From the NCBI RefSeq assembly GCF_046119375.1, contig NW_027362770.1, positions 191,828,001-191,892,000 of the forward strand: 64,000 bases of DNA. Direction: 5' to 3'. Position 1 is the stretch's first letter. Every line of letters begins with the position of its first letter. Below are positions 48,667-63,100 of this stretch, one piece after another. Position numbers and translations under genes: made by a program. This DNA comes from Phyllobates terribilis. Taxonomy: Eukaryota. The notes beneath the pieces were generated by a model, which searched no databases, was not told where the DNA came from, and was given only the letters and a program-made list of their open reading frames with translations.

Positions 48667-50749
48667 GCACCTGACTTTGTGGGGCAAACCCCAGGGTCCA
48701 CGACCAGTGTCAGCGGGTGTCACCACTGCTTCTTCCGCTGTTTTGCGTGCAAGGCAATCCCCTGTCCATACTGCATGCAAAGATGCCCCCTCCTCTCAGT
48801 CTTCACTTGTTATGGCAGTTTCTCAAGAAACGGCATCAACGTCCACGTCCCACCGCAGCGTTCAATTTTCCATATCCCAGACCTTTGAACGAAAGCGCAA
48901 ATTCGCAGCCAACGCCCCACAGGCCACAGTACTAAATTCACACATTTCACGACTGCTTGCGTTGGAAATGCTGCCTTTTAGGCTGGTGGAGACGGAATCC
49001 TTCTGCAACGTTATGGCGGTGGCCATCCCTCGGTACTCGGTCCCCAGCCGACACTCTTTTGCCCGGTGTGCCATCCCCGCACTACACAAGCATGTGTCCC
49101 AAAACATCTGCCGTGCCCTCAACAACGCAGTTACTGGGAGAGTCCACCTGACAACGGACACGTGGACAAGTGCTTGTGGCCAGGGAAGGTACATCTCCCT
49201 GACGGCACACTGGGTAAACATAGTGGAAGCCGTGACCCAGTCGGACCTTGGGACGGAACACATCCTCCCCACACCGAGGATTGCGGGCCCTATGTCAGTC
49301 AGAGTTGCCCCCACAGTGTACAGCTCCTGCGCATCATCCTCCTCCTACTCCTCATGTTCAGCCTCCATCTCAGATATCACCACATCAGTTACAAGCTGGA
49401 AGCACTGCAGTACTGCCTCAGCCAAGCGGCAACAGGCTGTGCTGAAACTCATAAGCTTAGGTGAGAAACTTCACACTGCTTGTGAGTTGTGGACAGCTGT
49501 GAAAGAGCAGGCAGATCAGTGGCTGAGACCGCTGAACCTATATCCAGGCATGGTTGTGTGTGACAATAGCCGTAACCTGGTGGCGGCTCTGAGGCGAGGC
49601 GAGATCACACACGTACCATGCCTGGCTCATGTGCTTAACCTCGTGGTTCAGCGGTTTCTTAAATCGTACCCAGAGTTGCCAGATATGCTCGTCAAAGTAC
49701 GCCGCCTGTCAGCTCATTTTCGGAAGTCGGCTACAGCTTCCACCGCCCTTGTTGTGTTGCAGAAGCGTTTGCAGCTTCCGGCACACCCACTGGTGTGTGA
49801 TGTCCCCACACGTTGGAACTCTACCCTCCACATGTTGCAAAGGATTTGTGAGCAGAAGAGAGCAGTTGTGGAGTACCAGCTGCAACAAGGCCATCTATAT
49901 TCAGGTCAGACTCTACACATAAGACCTCAGGAGTGGACCTGGATGTCTGACATATGTAATATCCTGACAAACTTTGAGGAGTTCACCAAGATGGTGAGTG
50001 GCGATGACACCATCATTAGCATCAGCATCCCACTTGTCTGTCTTTTGCAACGCTCTCTGCAGAGAATTAAAGAGGAGGCATTGCAGCCAGAGTATGATGA
50101 GATGGATCAAGAAGCCGTAGCGGGCGATTACACACAGGCCAGCCTCATCTCATCCCAACGTGCATTGGGGGACAATGAGGGAGAGGAGGAGGAGGAGTAA
50201 GAACAGGAGCTGGTATCATGCGATGTAGACGGTAGTACCTGTACAACTGTCATACCGTCGGTTCAGCGTGGGTGGCCTGAGGACAGGGGGGAGGAGGAGG
50301 AGGAGGAGAGCATGGTCAGTCATCATCTTGGTGAGGACACGGAAGTCTTGCCCGTTACCAGTCTGGTACGCATGGCTGACTTTGTTACGCTGCCTTACAG
50401 GCCCTGAGGCGCGAGGTACTCTCACAAGGAGTGGAAAGTTTCAAAAGATGGTGACGGAGTACCTTGCCGACCGTGCCAGTGTCCTCCGTGATTCCTCTGT
50501 GCCTTTTAATTATTGGTATCCAAGCTGGACACTTGGAATGAACTCTCTCTGTACGCCTTGGAGGTCCTGGCCTGCCCTACCGCTAGGGTGTTATCGGAGT
50601 GTGTTTTTAGTGCCGCTGGGGGAATTATAACTGATAAGCGCACTCGCCTGTCAACTGACAATGCTGACAAGCTGAACCTTATCAAAATGAACAAGGGCTG
50701 GATTGGGCCAGACTTCTCATCACCACCAAATGACAGCAGAGTAACATAA
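48667..50749 (+). pseudogene. hAT (Ac/ZBED-like) transposase pseudogene
   Basis: LTTDTWTS, VCDN, HVPCLAHVLNL, DVPTRWNST, dimerisation motif SECVFSAAG..ITDKRTRL; stop at 50198-50200 and frameshifts; N-terminus cut by the element 4 LTR. Confidence 0.9.
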
Positions 50750-50910
50750 AGTCAAATCCACTGTCTTTTTTCGGGAGGTGTATTCCCATGCACCGCTTCA
50801 CACCCACACATGGGTATACGCTTCCTTATTTCGGCTGTATTTTGCTCTTCTCCTTATCCTCAGCCTCCACCACCACTATACCACAAGGGTGACCGTGGTC
50901 CGTGTTGCCA

Positions 50911-51577
50911 GCATTGCAAGTTCCTCTGTCCTAATTTTTGGCAGCTTTTGCTTGGAAGGCATAGGAAAAGACTATGGGAGACCCACTCCCCAATAATGGG
51001 AATAATGTTTTTAATATGCTGTACTGCGTGGCTCTTGTAAGGGGCATTGCAAGTTCCTCCGTCCTAATTTTTGGCAGCATTCGCTTGGAAGGCATAGGCA
51101 AAGATTATGGGAGACCCACTCCCCAATAATGGGAATAATGTTTTTAATATGCTGTACTGCATGGCTCTTGTAAGGGGCATTGCAAGTTCCTCTGTCCTAA
51201 TTTTTGGCAGCTTTTGCTTGGAAAGGCATAGGCAAAGACTATGGGAGACCCACTCCCCAATAATGGGAATAATGTTTTTAATATGCTGTACTGCATGGCT
51301 CTTGTAAGGGGCATTGCAAGATCCTCCGTCCTAATTTTTGGCAGCTTTCACTTGGAAGGCATAGGCAAAGATTATGGGAGACCCACTCCCCAATAATGGG
51401 AATAATGTTTTTAATATGCTGTACTGCGTGGCTCTTGTAAGGGGCATTGCAAGTTCCTCTGTCCTAATTTTTGGCAGCTTTTGCTTGGAAAGGCATAGGC
51501 AAAGACTATGGGAGACCCACTCCCCAATAATGGGAATAATGTTTTTAATATGTTGTACTGCATGGCTCTTGTAAGGG
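50911..51577 (+). repeat. 133/134-bp tandem repeat, 5 copies
   Basis: GCATT unit starts at 50911, 51044, 51177, 51311, 51444, 51578. Confidence 0.93.
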
Positions 51578-51617
51578 GCATTAAAATCATCTTGTTAAGC
51601 TACTGTGACCTCCACGT

Positions 51618-52816
51618 TGTAACGGGTCTGGGAGGCGGAACCTCTGAGCTACTATACAAGGGGGCGGTCCTTGTAAGGGAGCGGGTGGCGACCAGGGAAG
51701 ACGGGCAGGAAGTCACAGCAGGTGACCGGGACAGTCTCTGAGTGAACGGGCTGGAGGTCACGGCAAGTGACCGGGGCAGTCTCTGGATGAACGGGCAGAT
51801 GGTCACGGCAAGTGACCGGGGCAGTCTCTGGATGAACGGGCAGATGGTCACGGCAAGTGACCGGGGCAGTCTCTGAATGAACGGGCAGATGGTCACGGTA
51901 AGTGACCGGGGCAGTCTCTGGGTAAAGGGTTGGTACGACCTGTGGCGGCTGATGATAGACGTGAGCTCCCAGGTGAGCAGGCGAGAGTCTCTGGATGAAC
52001 GGGTGGTCACAGCATGTGACGGCGGAGCCTCCAGGAAGACCAACAGACAGGCGGCAGATGAGCGCTCCCAGGTGAGCGGGCAGGAGTCTCTGGACAGGCG
52101 GGTGGTCACAGCACGTGACGGCAGAGCCTCCAGGTAGGCTAGCAGACAGGCAGCAGATGAGGGCTCCCAGGTGAGCGGGCAGGAGTCACTGGACAGGCAG
52201 GTGGTCACAGCACATGACGGCGGAGCCTCCAGGTAGGCTAGCAGGCAGGTAGCAGATGTGTGCTCCCAGGTGAGCAGGCAAGCTGGTCCATAGACAGACT
52301 GACAGGAGTTGGAAGGCAGACCGTCGGACCTCAGGCAAGCAGGCAGGTGGCTGAAGTGCGCTCCCAGGTGAGCGGACAGGCTGGTCCTTAGACAGACTGA
52401 CAGGAGTAGTAAGGCAGACCGTCGGACCTCAGACTAGCAGGCAGGTAGCAGATAATCAGGCAGGAATAAGACAGCAAGCTGGCAGGAATCTGGCAGGTAT
52501 CTGGCAGGTAACTGGCAACGGGACCTGAGGGCTGAAGCAGAGTAGTGAACAGTGCAACAACATTGCTCGGGCACCTCCATTTTGGAGGAGGTGCCTTATA
52601 TATGGTGAAGTCCTCCGGCCATCGGCCGGGGACTCCTTAGGACGGCGCGCGCGGCCCCTTTAAGAGGGAGGGAGAGCGCGCGCGCGCGCCCTAAGCACAG
52701 TGGCCGGGAAGGAGCGCGCGCTGCCAGCAGAGCGGGAGGAGGACGCCGGGCACGGAGCAGAGAGGTGAGGGGAACAGCGTCCCTGCCTAGCAGAGGGCAG
52801 GGAGGCCGGCGCTACA
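51618..52816 (-). mobile_element. Solo LTR of the element 3 family
   Basis: TGTAACGGGTCTGGGAGGCGG...CTACA; TSD CACGT at 51613-51617 and 52817-52821; extra internal repeats. Confidence 0.93.
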
Positions 52817-55171
52817 CACGTCTCTTCCAAGGGTCATTGATATTGTCTTTTTATTCCACTGGGACCTCCACCACTCTTACAAGGGGCATTGATATTGTCT
52901 TTTTATTCCACTGGGACTTCCACCATTCTTCCAAGGGGCATTGATATTGTATTTTTATTCCACTGCGACCTCCACCACTCTTCCAAGGGGCATTGATATT
53001 ATCTTTTTATTCCCCTGGGACCTCCACGTCTCTTCCAAGGGACATTAAAACCGTCTTGTTAAGCTACAGTGACCTCCACGTCTCTTCCAAGGGGCATTTA
53101 AACCGTCTTGTTAAACCACTCTGAACGCCACGTCTCTTCCAAGGGGCATTAAAATCGTCTTGTTAAGCTACTTGGACCTCCACCACTCTTCCAAGTGTCA
53201 TTGATATTGTCTTTTTATTCCACTGTAACCTCCACTACTCTTCCAAGGGGCATTGATGTTGTCTTTTTATTCCACTGGGACCTCCACCACTCTTCCAAGG
53301 GGCATTGATATTGTCTTTTTATTCCACTGCGACCTCCACCAGTCTTCCAAGGGGCATTGATATTGTCTTTTTATTCCACTGCGTCCTCCACCACTCTTCC
53401 AAGGGGCATTGATATTGTCTTTTTATTCCACTGTAACATCCACCACTCTTCCAAGGGGCACTAATATTGTCTTTTTATTCCACTGTGACCTCCACCACTC
53501 TTCCAAGGAGCATTGATATTGTCTTTTTATTCTACTGAGACCTCCACCACTCTTCCAAGAGGCATTGATATTGTCTTTTTATTCCACTGGTACTCCCACT
53601 TCTCTTCCAAGGGGCATTAAAACCATCTTGTTAAACCACTCTGAACTCCACGTCTCTTCCAAGGGGCATTAAAACCGTCTTGTTAAGCCATTGTGACCTC
53701 CACCACTCTTCCAAGGGGTATTGATATTGTCTTTTTATTCTACTGGGACCTCCACCACTCTTCCAAGAGGCATTGATATTGTCTTTTTATTCCACTGGGA
53801 CTCCCACGTCTCTTCCAAGGGGCATTAAAACCGTCTTGTTAAGCTACTGTGACCTCTACGTCTCTTCCAAGGGTCATTGATATTGTCTTTTTATTCCACT
53901 GGGACCTCCACCACTCTTCCAAGGAGCATTGATATTGTCTTTATATTCCACTGGGACCTCCACCACTCTTCCAAGGGGCATTGATATTGTTTTTTTATTC
54001 CTCTTTGACCTCCACGTCTCTTCCAAGGGGCATTAAAACCATCTTGTTAAACCACTCTGAACACCACGTCTCTTCCAAGGGGCATTAAAACTGTCTTGTT
54101 AAGCTACTGTGACCTCCACGACTCTTCCAAGGGGCATTAAAACCATCTTGTTAAACCACTTTGAACTCCACGTCTCTTCCAAGGGACATTAAAATCATCT
54201 TGTTAAGCTACTGTGACCTCCACCACTCTTCCAAGTGTCATTGATATTGTCTTTTTATTCCACTGGTACCTCCACCACTCTTCCAAGAGTCATTGATATA
54301 GTCTTTTTATTCCTCTGCGACCTCCACCACTCTTCCAAGGGGCATTGATATTGTCTTTTTATTCCACTGTAACCTCCACCACTTTTCCAAGGGCCATTGA
54401 TATTGTCTTTTTATTCCACTCGGACCTCCACCACTCTTCCAAGGGGCATTGATATTGTCTTTTTATTCCACTGGGACCTCCAACACTCTTCCAAGGGGCA
54501 TTGATATTGTCTTTTTATTCTACTGGGACCTCCACCACTCTTCCAAGAGGCATTGATATTGTCTTTTTATTCCACTGGGACTCCCACGTCTCTTCCAAGG
54601 GGCATTAAAACCGTCTTGTTAAACCACCCTGAACTCCACGTCTCTTCCAAGGGACATTAAAATCATCTTGTTAAGCTACTGTGACCTCCACGTCTCTTCC
54701 AAGGGTCATTGATATTGTCTTTTTATTCCACTGGTACCTCCACCACTCTTCCAAGAGGCATTGATATAGTCTTTTTATTCCTCTGCGACCTCCACCACTC
54801 TTCCAAGGGGCATTGATATTGTCTTTTTACTCCACTTCGACCTCCACTACTCTTCCAAGGGGCATTGATTTTGTCTTTTTATTCCACTGTAACCTCCACC
54901 ACTTTTCCAAGGGGCATTGATATTGTCTTTTTGTTCCACTGGGACCTCCACCACTCTTCCAAGGGGCATTGATATTGTCTTTTTATTCTACTGGGACCGC
55001 CACCACTCTTCCAAGAGGCATTGATATTGTCTTTTTATTCCACTGGGACTCCCACGTCTCTTCCAAGGGGCATTAAAACAGTCTTGTTAAACCACTCTGA
55101 ACTCCACGTCTCTTCCAAGGGGCATTAAAACAGTCTTGTTAAACCACTCTGAACTCCACGTCTCTTCCAAG

Positions 55172-56284
55172 CAGGGCCGGCGTCAGCACCCGGCGTACCC
55201 GGGCAAGTGCCGGGGCCCTGGAAAATCAGAGGGGCCCACCGCCCACTCACTGTTGGGGCCCACCGCCCACTCACTTTCGGGGCCCTGGTCGCTTCCTCGG
55301 CACCTGTTCAGGGACGCAGGCGCTGCTTGAATGCCTGCACTCCCCCCAGACATGGCAGCGCGCTGTGCGACTGTGTCTGCTAGTAATGACGCTGCAGGGT
55401 CGACGGCACTGCACCTTTAATTGTGCTTGTATGTCGCCCCTGCCGCGTCTTTACTAGCGGACACAACCGCACAGCGCGCGGCCATGTCTGGGGGGAGTGC
55501 CGGCAATCAAACACCGTCGGAGGTCCTGCACAGATGGGGGGGAGCGGCCCGGACCCGACCGCAAGTGGGCCCCTCTGATGGTCCAGGGCCATGATGTCTG
55601 TGACACGCCGGGGGCCCTGCACTGCCCCATACCTGAGGAGCTGCTGGACAGGACATTGGACCGGGGACAGGTGAGTGAGGCTTCCCCAATCCCCATATTA
55701 AAAATATTTGTAATGGGTCTGTGTGAGTGCATGTATGTGAATGTCAGTGTGTATGACTGTGTATATATATTTGTCTGTTTTATATATGTCTTTAAGAATT
55801 TGTGTAAAAATGTGTGTATGTCTGTATGTGTACATATCTGTGTACCATGTGTGCTTGCATGTGACTGTGTACCGTGTGTGCGTGCGTGTGACTGTGTACC
55901 GTGTGTGCGTGCGCATGTCTGCGTACCATGTCTGCGTATCGTGTGTGCGTGTGCATGTCTGCGTACCGTGTGTGCGTGCGCATGTCTGCGTACCGTGTGT
56001 GCGTACGCATGTCTGCGTACCGTGTGTGCGTGCGCATGTCTGCGTACCGTGTGTGCGTGCGCATGTCTGCGTACCGCGTGTGCGTGCATGTGTCTGCGTA
56101 CGCATGTCTGCGTACCGTGTGTGTGCGCATGTCTGCATATGTGAAGGATGAGGTGGCAGGCTGGGCCCTGTGTACTATATATATATTTCTCCCCCGTATC
56201 TGTGCATCATGAATCGTGTATGTGTTAAAAGGGCCCACTGTGACTCTATTGCCCGGGGCCCAGAAAAACCTGGAGCCGGCCCTG
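55172..56284 (+). mobile_element. hAT MITE (1113 bp) inside the satellite, with (CA/GT)-rich internal repeats
   Basis: TIRs CAGGGCCGGC / GCCGGCCCTG; 8-bp TSD CTTCCAAG. Confidence 0.92.
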
Positions 56285-59048
56285 CTTCCAAGGGGCATTA
56301 AAACTGTCTTGTTAAGCTACTGTGACCTCCCCGTCTCTTCCAAAGGGCATTAAAACCGTCTTGTTAAACCATTCTGAACTCCACGTCTATTCCAAAGGGC
56401 ATGAAAATTGTCTTGTTAAGCTACTGTGACCTCCACGTCTCTTCCAACGGTCATTGATATTGTCTTTTTATTCCACTGAGACCTCCACCTCTCTTCCAAG
56501 GGGCATTGATATTGTCTTTTTATTCCACTGGGATCTCCACCACTCTTCCAAGGGGCATTGATATTGTCTTTTTATTCCACTGGGACCTCCACGTCTCTTC
56601 CAAGGGGCATTAAAACCATCTTGTTAAACCACTCTGAACTCCACATCTCTTCCAAGGGGCATTAAAACCGTCTTGTTAAGCTACTTGGACCTCCACCACT
56701 CTTCCAAGGGTCATTGATATTGTCTTTTTATTCCACTGTAACCTCCACCACTCTTCCAAGGGGCATTGATGTTGTCTTTTTATTCCACTGGTACCTCCAC
56801 CACTCTTCCAAGGGGCATTGATATTGTGTTTTTATTCCACTGCGACCTCCACCACTCTTCCAAGGGGCATTGATATTGTCTTTTTATTCCACCGCGTCCT
56901 CCACCATTCTTCCAAGGGGCATTGATATTGTCTTTTTATTCCACTGTAACCTCCACCACTCTTCCAAGGGGCATTAATATTGTCTTTTTATTCCACTGGG
57001 ACCTCCACCACTCTTCCAAGGAGCATTGATATTGTCTTTTTATTCTACTGAGACCTCCACGTCTCTTCCAAGGGGCATTAAAACCATCTTGCTAAACCAC
57101 TCTGATATCCACGTCTCTTCCAAGGGGCATTAAAACTGTCTTGTTAAGCTACTGTGACCTCCACGACTCTTCCAAGGGGCATTAAAACCATCTTGTTAAA
57201 CCACACTGAACTCCACGTCTCTTCCAAGGGACATTAAAATCATCTTGTTAAGCTACTGTGACCTCCACGTTTCTTCCAAGGGTCATTGATATTGTCTTTT
57301 TATTCCGCTGGTACCTCCACCACTCTTCCAAGAGGCATTGATATAGTCTTTTTATTCCTCTGCGACCTCCAACACTCTTCCAAGGGGCATTGATATTGTC
57401 TTTTTACTCCACTGCGACCTCCACCACTCTTCCAAGAGGCATTGATATTGTCTTTTTATTCCACTGGGTCTCCCACGTCTCTTCCAAGGGGCATTAAAAC
57501 AGTCTTGTTAAACCACTCTGAACTCGACGTCTCTTCCAAGGGGCATTAAAACCGTCTTGTTAAACCACTCTGAACTCCACGTCTCTTCCAAGGGGCATTA
57601 AAACCGTCTTGTTAAGCTACTGTGACCTCCACGTCTCTTACAAGGGGCATTAAAACCGTCTTGTTAAACCATTCTGAACTCCACGTCTATTCCAAAGGGC
57701 ATGAAAATTGTCTTGTTAAGCTACTGTGACCTCCACGTCTCTTCCAACGGTCATTGATATTGTCTTTTTATTCCACTGAGACCTCCACCTCTCTTCCAAG
57801 GGGCATTGATATTGTCTTTTTATTCCACTGGGATCTCCACCACTCTTCCAAGGGGCATTGATATTGTCTTTTTATTCCACTGGGACCTCCACGTCTCTTC
57901 CAAGGGGCATTAAAACCATCTTGTTAAACCACTCTGAACTCCACATCTCTTCCAAGGGGCATTAAAACCGTCTTGTTAAGCTACTTGGACCTCCACCACT
58001 CTTCCAAGGGTCATTGATATTGTCTTTTTATTCCACTGTAACCTCCACCACTCTTCCAAGGGGCATTGATGTTGTCTTTTTATTCCACTGGTACCTCCAC
58101 CACTCTTCCAAGGGGCATTGATATTGTGTTTTTATTCCACTGCGACCTCCACCACTCTTCCAAGGGGCATTGATATTGTCTTTTTATTCCACCGCGTCCT
58201 CCACCATTCTTCCAAGGGGCATTGATATTGTCTTTTTATTCCACTGTAACCTCCACCACTCTTCCAAGGGGCATTAATATTGTCTTTTTATTCCACTGGG
58301 ACCTCCACCACTCTTCCAAGGAGCATTGATACTGTCCTTTTATTCTACTGAGACCTCCACGTCTCTTCCAAGGGGCATTAAAACCATCTTGCTAAACCAC
58401 TCTGATATCCACGTCTCTTCCAAGGGGCATTAAAACTGTCTTGTTAAGCTACTGTGACCTCCACGACTCTTCCAAGGGGCATTAAAACCGTCTTGTTAAA
58501 CCACTCTGAACTCCACGTCTCTTCCAAGGAACATTAAAATCATCTTGTTAAGCTACTGTGACCTCCACGTCTCTTCCAAGGGTCATTGATATTGTCTTTT
58601 TATTCCGCTGGTACCTCCACCACTCTTCCAAGAGGCATTGATATAGTCTTTTTATTCCTCTGCGACCTCCACCACTCTTCCAAGGGGCATTGATATTGTC
58701 TTTTTACTCCACTGCGACCTCCACTACTCTTCCAAGGGGCATTGATTTTGTCTTTTTATTCCACTGTAACCTCCACCACTTTTCCAAGGGGCATTGATAT
58801 TGTCTTTTTGTTCCACTGGGACCTCCACCACTCTTCCAAGGGGCATTGATATTGTCTTTTTATTCTACTGGGACCGCCACCACTCTTCCAAGAGGCATTG
58901 ATATTGTCTTTTTATTCCACTGGGACTCCCACGTCTCTTCCAAGGGGCATTAAAACAGTCTTGTTAAACCACTCTGAACTCCACGTCTCTTCCAAGGGGC
59001 ATTAAAACAGTCTTGTTAAACCACTCTGAACTCCACGTCTCTTCCAAG

Positions 59049-60161
59049 CAGGGCCGGCGTCAGCACCCGGCGTACCCGGGCAAGTGCCGGGGCCCTGGAA
59101 AATCAGAGGGGCCCACCGCCCACTCACTGTTGGGGCCCACCGCCCACTCACTTTCGGGGCCCTGGTCGCTTCCTCGGCACCTGTTCAGGGACGCAGGGGC
59201 TGCTTGAATGCCTGCACTCCCCCCAGACATGGCAGCGCGCTGTGCGACTGTGTCTGCTAGTAATGACGCGGCAGGGTCGACGGCACTGCACCTTTAATTG
59301 TGCTTGTATGTCGCCCCTGCCGCGTCTTTACTAGCGGACACAACCGCACAGCGCGCGGCCATGTCTGGGGGGAGTGCCGGCAATGAAACACCGTCGGAGG
59401 TCCTGCACAGATGGGGGGGAGCGGCCCGGACCCGACCGCAAGTGGGCCCCTCTGATGGTCCAGGGCCATGATGTCTGTGACACGCCGGGGGCCCTGCACT
59501 GCCCCATACCTGAGGAGCTGCTGGACAGGACATTGGACCGGGGACAGGTGAGTGAGGCTTCCCCAATCCCCATATTAAAAATATTTGTAATGGGTCTGTG
59601 TGAGTGCATGTATGTGAATGTCAGTGTGTATGACTGTGTATATATATTTGTCTGTTTTATATATGTCTTTAAGAATTTGTGTAAAAATGTGTGTATGTCT
59701 GTATGTGTACATATCTGTGTACCATGTGTGCTTGCATGTGACTGTGTACCGTGTGTGCGTGCGTGTGACTGTGTACCGTGTGTGCGTGCGCATGTCTGCG
59801 TACCATGTCTGCGTATCGTGTGTGCGTGTGCATGTCTGCATACCGTGTGTGCGTGCGCATGTCTGCGTACCGTGTGTGCGTACGCATGTCTGCGTACCGT
59901 GTGTGCGTGCGCATGTCTGCGTACCGTGTGTGCGTGCGCATGTCTGCGTACCGCGTGTGCGTGCATGTGTCTGCGTACGCATGTCTGCGTACCGTGTGTG
60001 TGCGCATGTCTGCATATGTGAAGGATGAGGTGGCAGGCTGGGCCCTGTGTACTATATATATATTTCTCCCCCGTATCTGTGCATCATGAATCGTGTATGT
60101 GTTAAAAGGGCCCACTGTGACTCTATTGCCCGGGGCCCAGAAAAACCTGGAGCCGGCCCTG
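59049..60161 (+). mobile_element. Second copy of the same MITE insertion
   Basis: Same length, TSD and flanking monomers; offset 3877 bp; a few SNPs. Confidence 0.92.
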
Positions 60162-63100
60162 CTTCCAAGGGGCATTAAAACTGTCTTGTTAAGCTACTGT
60201 GACCTCCCCGTCTCTTCCAAAGGGCATTAAAACCGTCTTGTTAAACCATTCTGAACTCCACGTCTATTTCAAAGGGCATGAAAATTGTCTTGTTAAGCTA
60301 CTGTGACCTCCACGTCTCTTCCAACGGTCATTGATATTGTCTTTTTATTCCACTGAGACCTCCACCTCTCTTCCAAGGGGCATTGATATTGTCTTTTTAT
60401 TCCACTGGGATCTCCACCACTCTTCCAAGGGGCATTGATATTGTCTTTTTATTCCACTGGGACCTCCACGTCTCTTCCAAGGGGCATTAAAACCATCTTG
60501 TTAAACCACTCTGAACTCCACATCTCTTCCAAGGGGCATTAAAACCGTCTTGTTAAGCTACTTGGACCTCCACCACTCTTCCAAGGGTCATTGATATTGT
60601 CTTTTTATTCCACTGTAACCTCCACCACTCTTCCAAGGGGCATTGATGTTGTCTTTTTATTCCACTGGTACCTCCACCACTCTTCCAAGGGGCATTGATA
60701 TTGTGTTTTTATTCCACTGCGACCTCCACCACTCTTCCAAGGGGCATTGATATTGTCTTTTTATTCCACCGCGTCCTCCACCATTCTTCCAAGGGGCATT
60801 GATATTGTCTTTTTATTCCACTGTAACCTCCACCACTCTTCCAAGGGGCATTAATATTGTCTTTTTATTCCACTGGGACCTCCACCACTCTTCCAAGGAG
60901 CATTGATATTGTCTTTTTATTCTACTGAGACCTCCACGTCTCTTCCAAGGGGCATTAAAACCATCTTGCTAAACCACTCTGATATCCACGTCTCTTCCAA
61001 GGGGCATTAAAACTGTCTTGTTAAGCTACTGTGACCTCCACGACTCTTCCAAGGGGCATTAAAACCGTCTTGTTAAACCACACTGAACTCCACGTCTCTT
61101 CCAAGGGACATTAAAATCATCTTGTTAAGCTACTGTGACCTCCACGTTTCTTCCAAGGGTCATTGATATTGTCTTTTTATTCCGCTGGTACCTCCACCAC
61201 TCTTCCAAGAGGCATTGATATAGTCTTTTTATTCCTCTGCGACCTCCAACACTCTTCCAAGGGGCATTGATATTGTCTTTTTACTCCACTGCGACCTCCA
61301 CCACTCTTCCAAGAGGCATTGATATTGTCTTTTTATTCCACTGGGTCTCCCACGTCTCTTCCAAGGGGCATTAAAACAGTCTTGTTAAACCACTCTGAAC
61401 TCGACGTCTCTTCCAAGGGGCATTAAAACCGTCTTGTTAAACCACTCTGAACTCCACGTCTCTTCCAAGGGGCATTAAAACCGTCTTGTTAAGCTACTGT
61501 GACCTCCACGTCTCTTCCAAGGGGCATTAAAACCGTCTTGTTAAACCATTCTGAACTCCACGTCTATTCCAAAGGGCATGAAAATTGTCTTGTTAAGCTA
61601 CTGTGACCTCCACGTCTCTTCCAACGGTCATTGATATTGTCTTTTTATTCCACTGAGACCTCCACCTCTCTTCCAAGGGGCATTGATATTGTCTTTTTAT
61701 TCCACTGGGATCTCCACCACTCTTCCAAGGGGCATTGATATTGTCTTTTTATTCCACTGGGACCTCCACGTCTCTTCCAAGGGGCATTAAAACCATCTTG
61801 TTAAACCACTCTGAACTCCACATCTCTTCCAAGGGGCATTAAAACCGTCTTGTTAAGCTACTTGGACCTCCACCACTCTTCCAAGGGTCATTGATATTGT
61901 CTTTTTATTCCACTGTAACCTCCACCACTCTTCCAAGGGGCATTGATGTTGTCTTTTTATTCCACTGGTACCTCCACCACTCTTCCAAGGGGCATTGATA
62001 TTGTGTTTTTATTCCACTGCGACCTCCACCACTCTTCCAAGGGGCATTGATATTGTCTTTTTATTCCACCGCGTCCTCCACCATTCTTCCAAGGGGCATT
62101 GATATTGTCTTTTTATTCCACTGTAACCTCCACCACTCTTCCAAGGGGCATTAATATTGTCTTTTTATTCCACTGGGACCTCCACCACTCTTCCAAGGAG
62201 CATTGATATTGTCCTTTTATTCTACTGAGACCTCCACGTCTCTTCCAAGGGGCATTAAAACCATCTTGCTAAACCACTCTGATATCCACGTCTCTTCCAA
62301 GGGGCATTAAAACTGTCTTGTTAAGCTACTGTGACCTCCACGACTCTTCCAAGGGGCATTAAAACCGTCTTGTTAAACCACTCTGAACTCCACGTCTCTT
62401 CCAAGGAACATTAAAATCATCTTGTTAAGCTACTGTGACCTCCACGTCTCTTCCAAGGGTCATTGATATTGTCTTTTTATTCCGCTGGTACCTCCACCAC
62501 TCTTCCAAGAGGCATTGATATAGTCTTTTTATTCCTCTGCGACCTCCAACACTCTTCCAAGGGGCATTGATATTGTCTTTTTACTCCACTGCGACCTCCA
62601 CCACTCTTCCAAGAGGCATTGATATTGTCTTTTTATTCCACTGGGTCTCCCACGTCTCTTCCAAGGGGCATTAAAACAGTCTTGTTAAACCACTCTGAAC
62701 TCCACGTCTCTTCCAAGGGGCATTAAAACCGTCTTGTTAAACCACTCTGAACTCCACGTCTCTTCCAAGGGGCAATAAAACCGTCTTGTTAAGCTACTGT
62801 GACCTCCACGTCTCTTCCAAGGGACATTAAAACCGTCTTGTTAAACCACTCTGAACTTCACGTCTCTTCCAAAGGGCATGAAAATTGTCTTGTTAAGCTA
62901 CTGTGACCTCTACGTCTCTTGCAAGGGTCATTGATATTGTCTTTTTATTCCACTGGGACCTCCACCTCTCTTCCAAGGGGCATTGATATTGTCTTTTTAT
63001 TCCACTGGGATCTCCACCACTCTTCCAAGAGGCATTGATATTGTCTTTTTATTCCACTGGGACCTCCACGTCTCTTCCAAGGGGCATTAAAACCATCTTG

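Noticed and set aside
55454-60175. His/Cys/Thr-rich ORFs of 100-215 aa on both strands
   Set aside because: Translations of the (CA/GT)-rich repeat inside the MITE, open in several frames at once.
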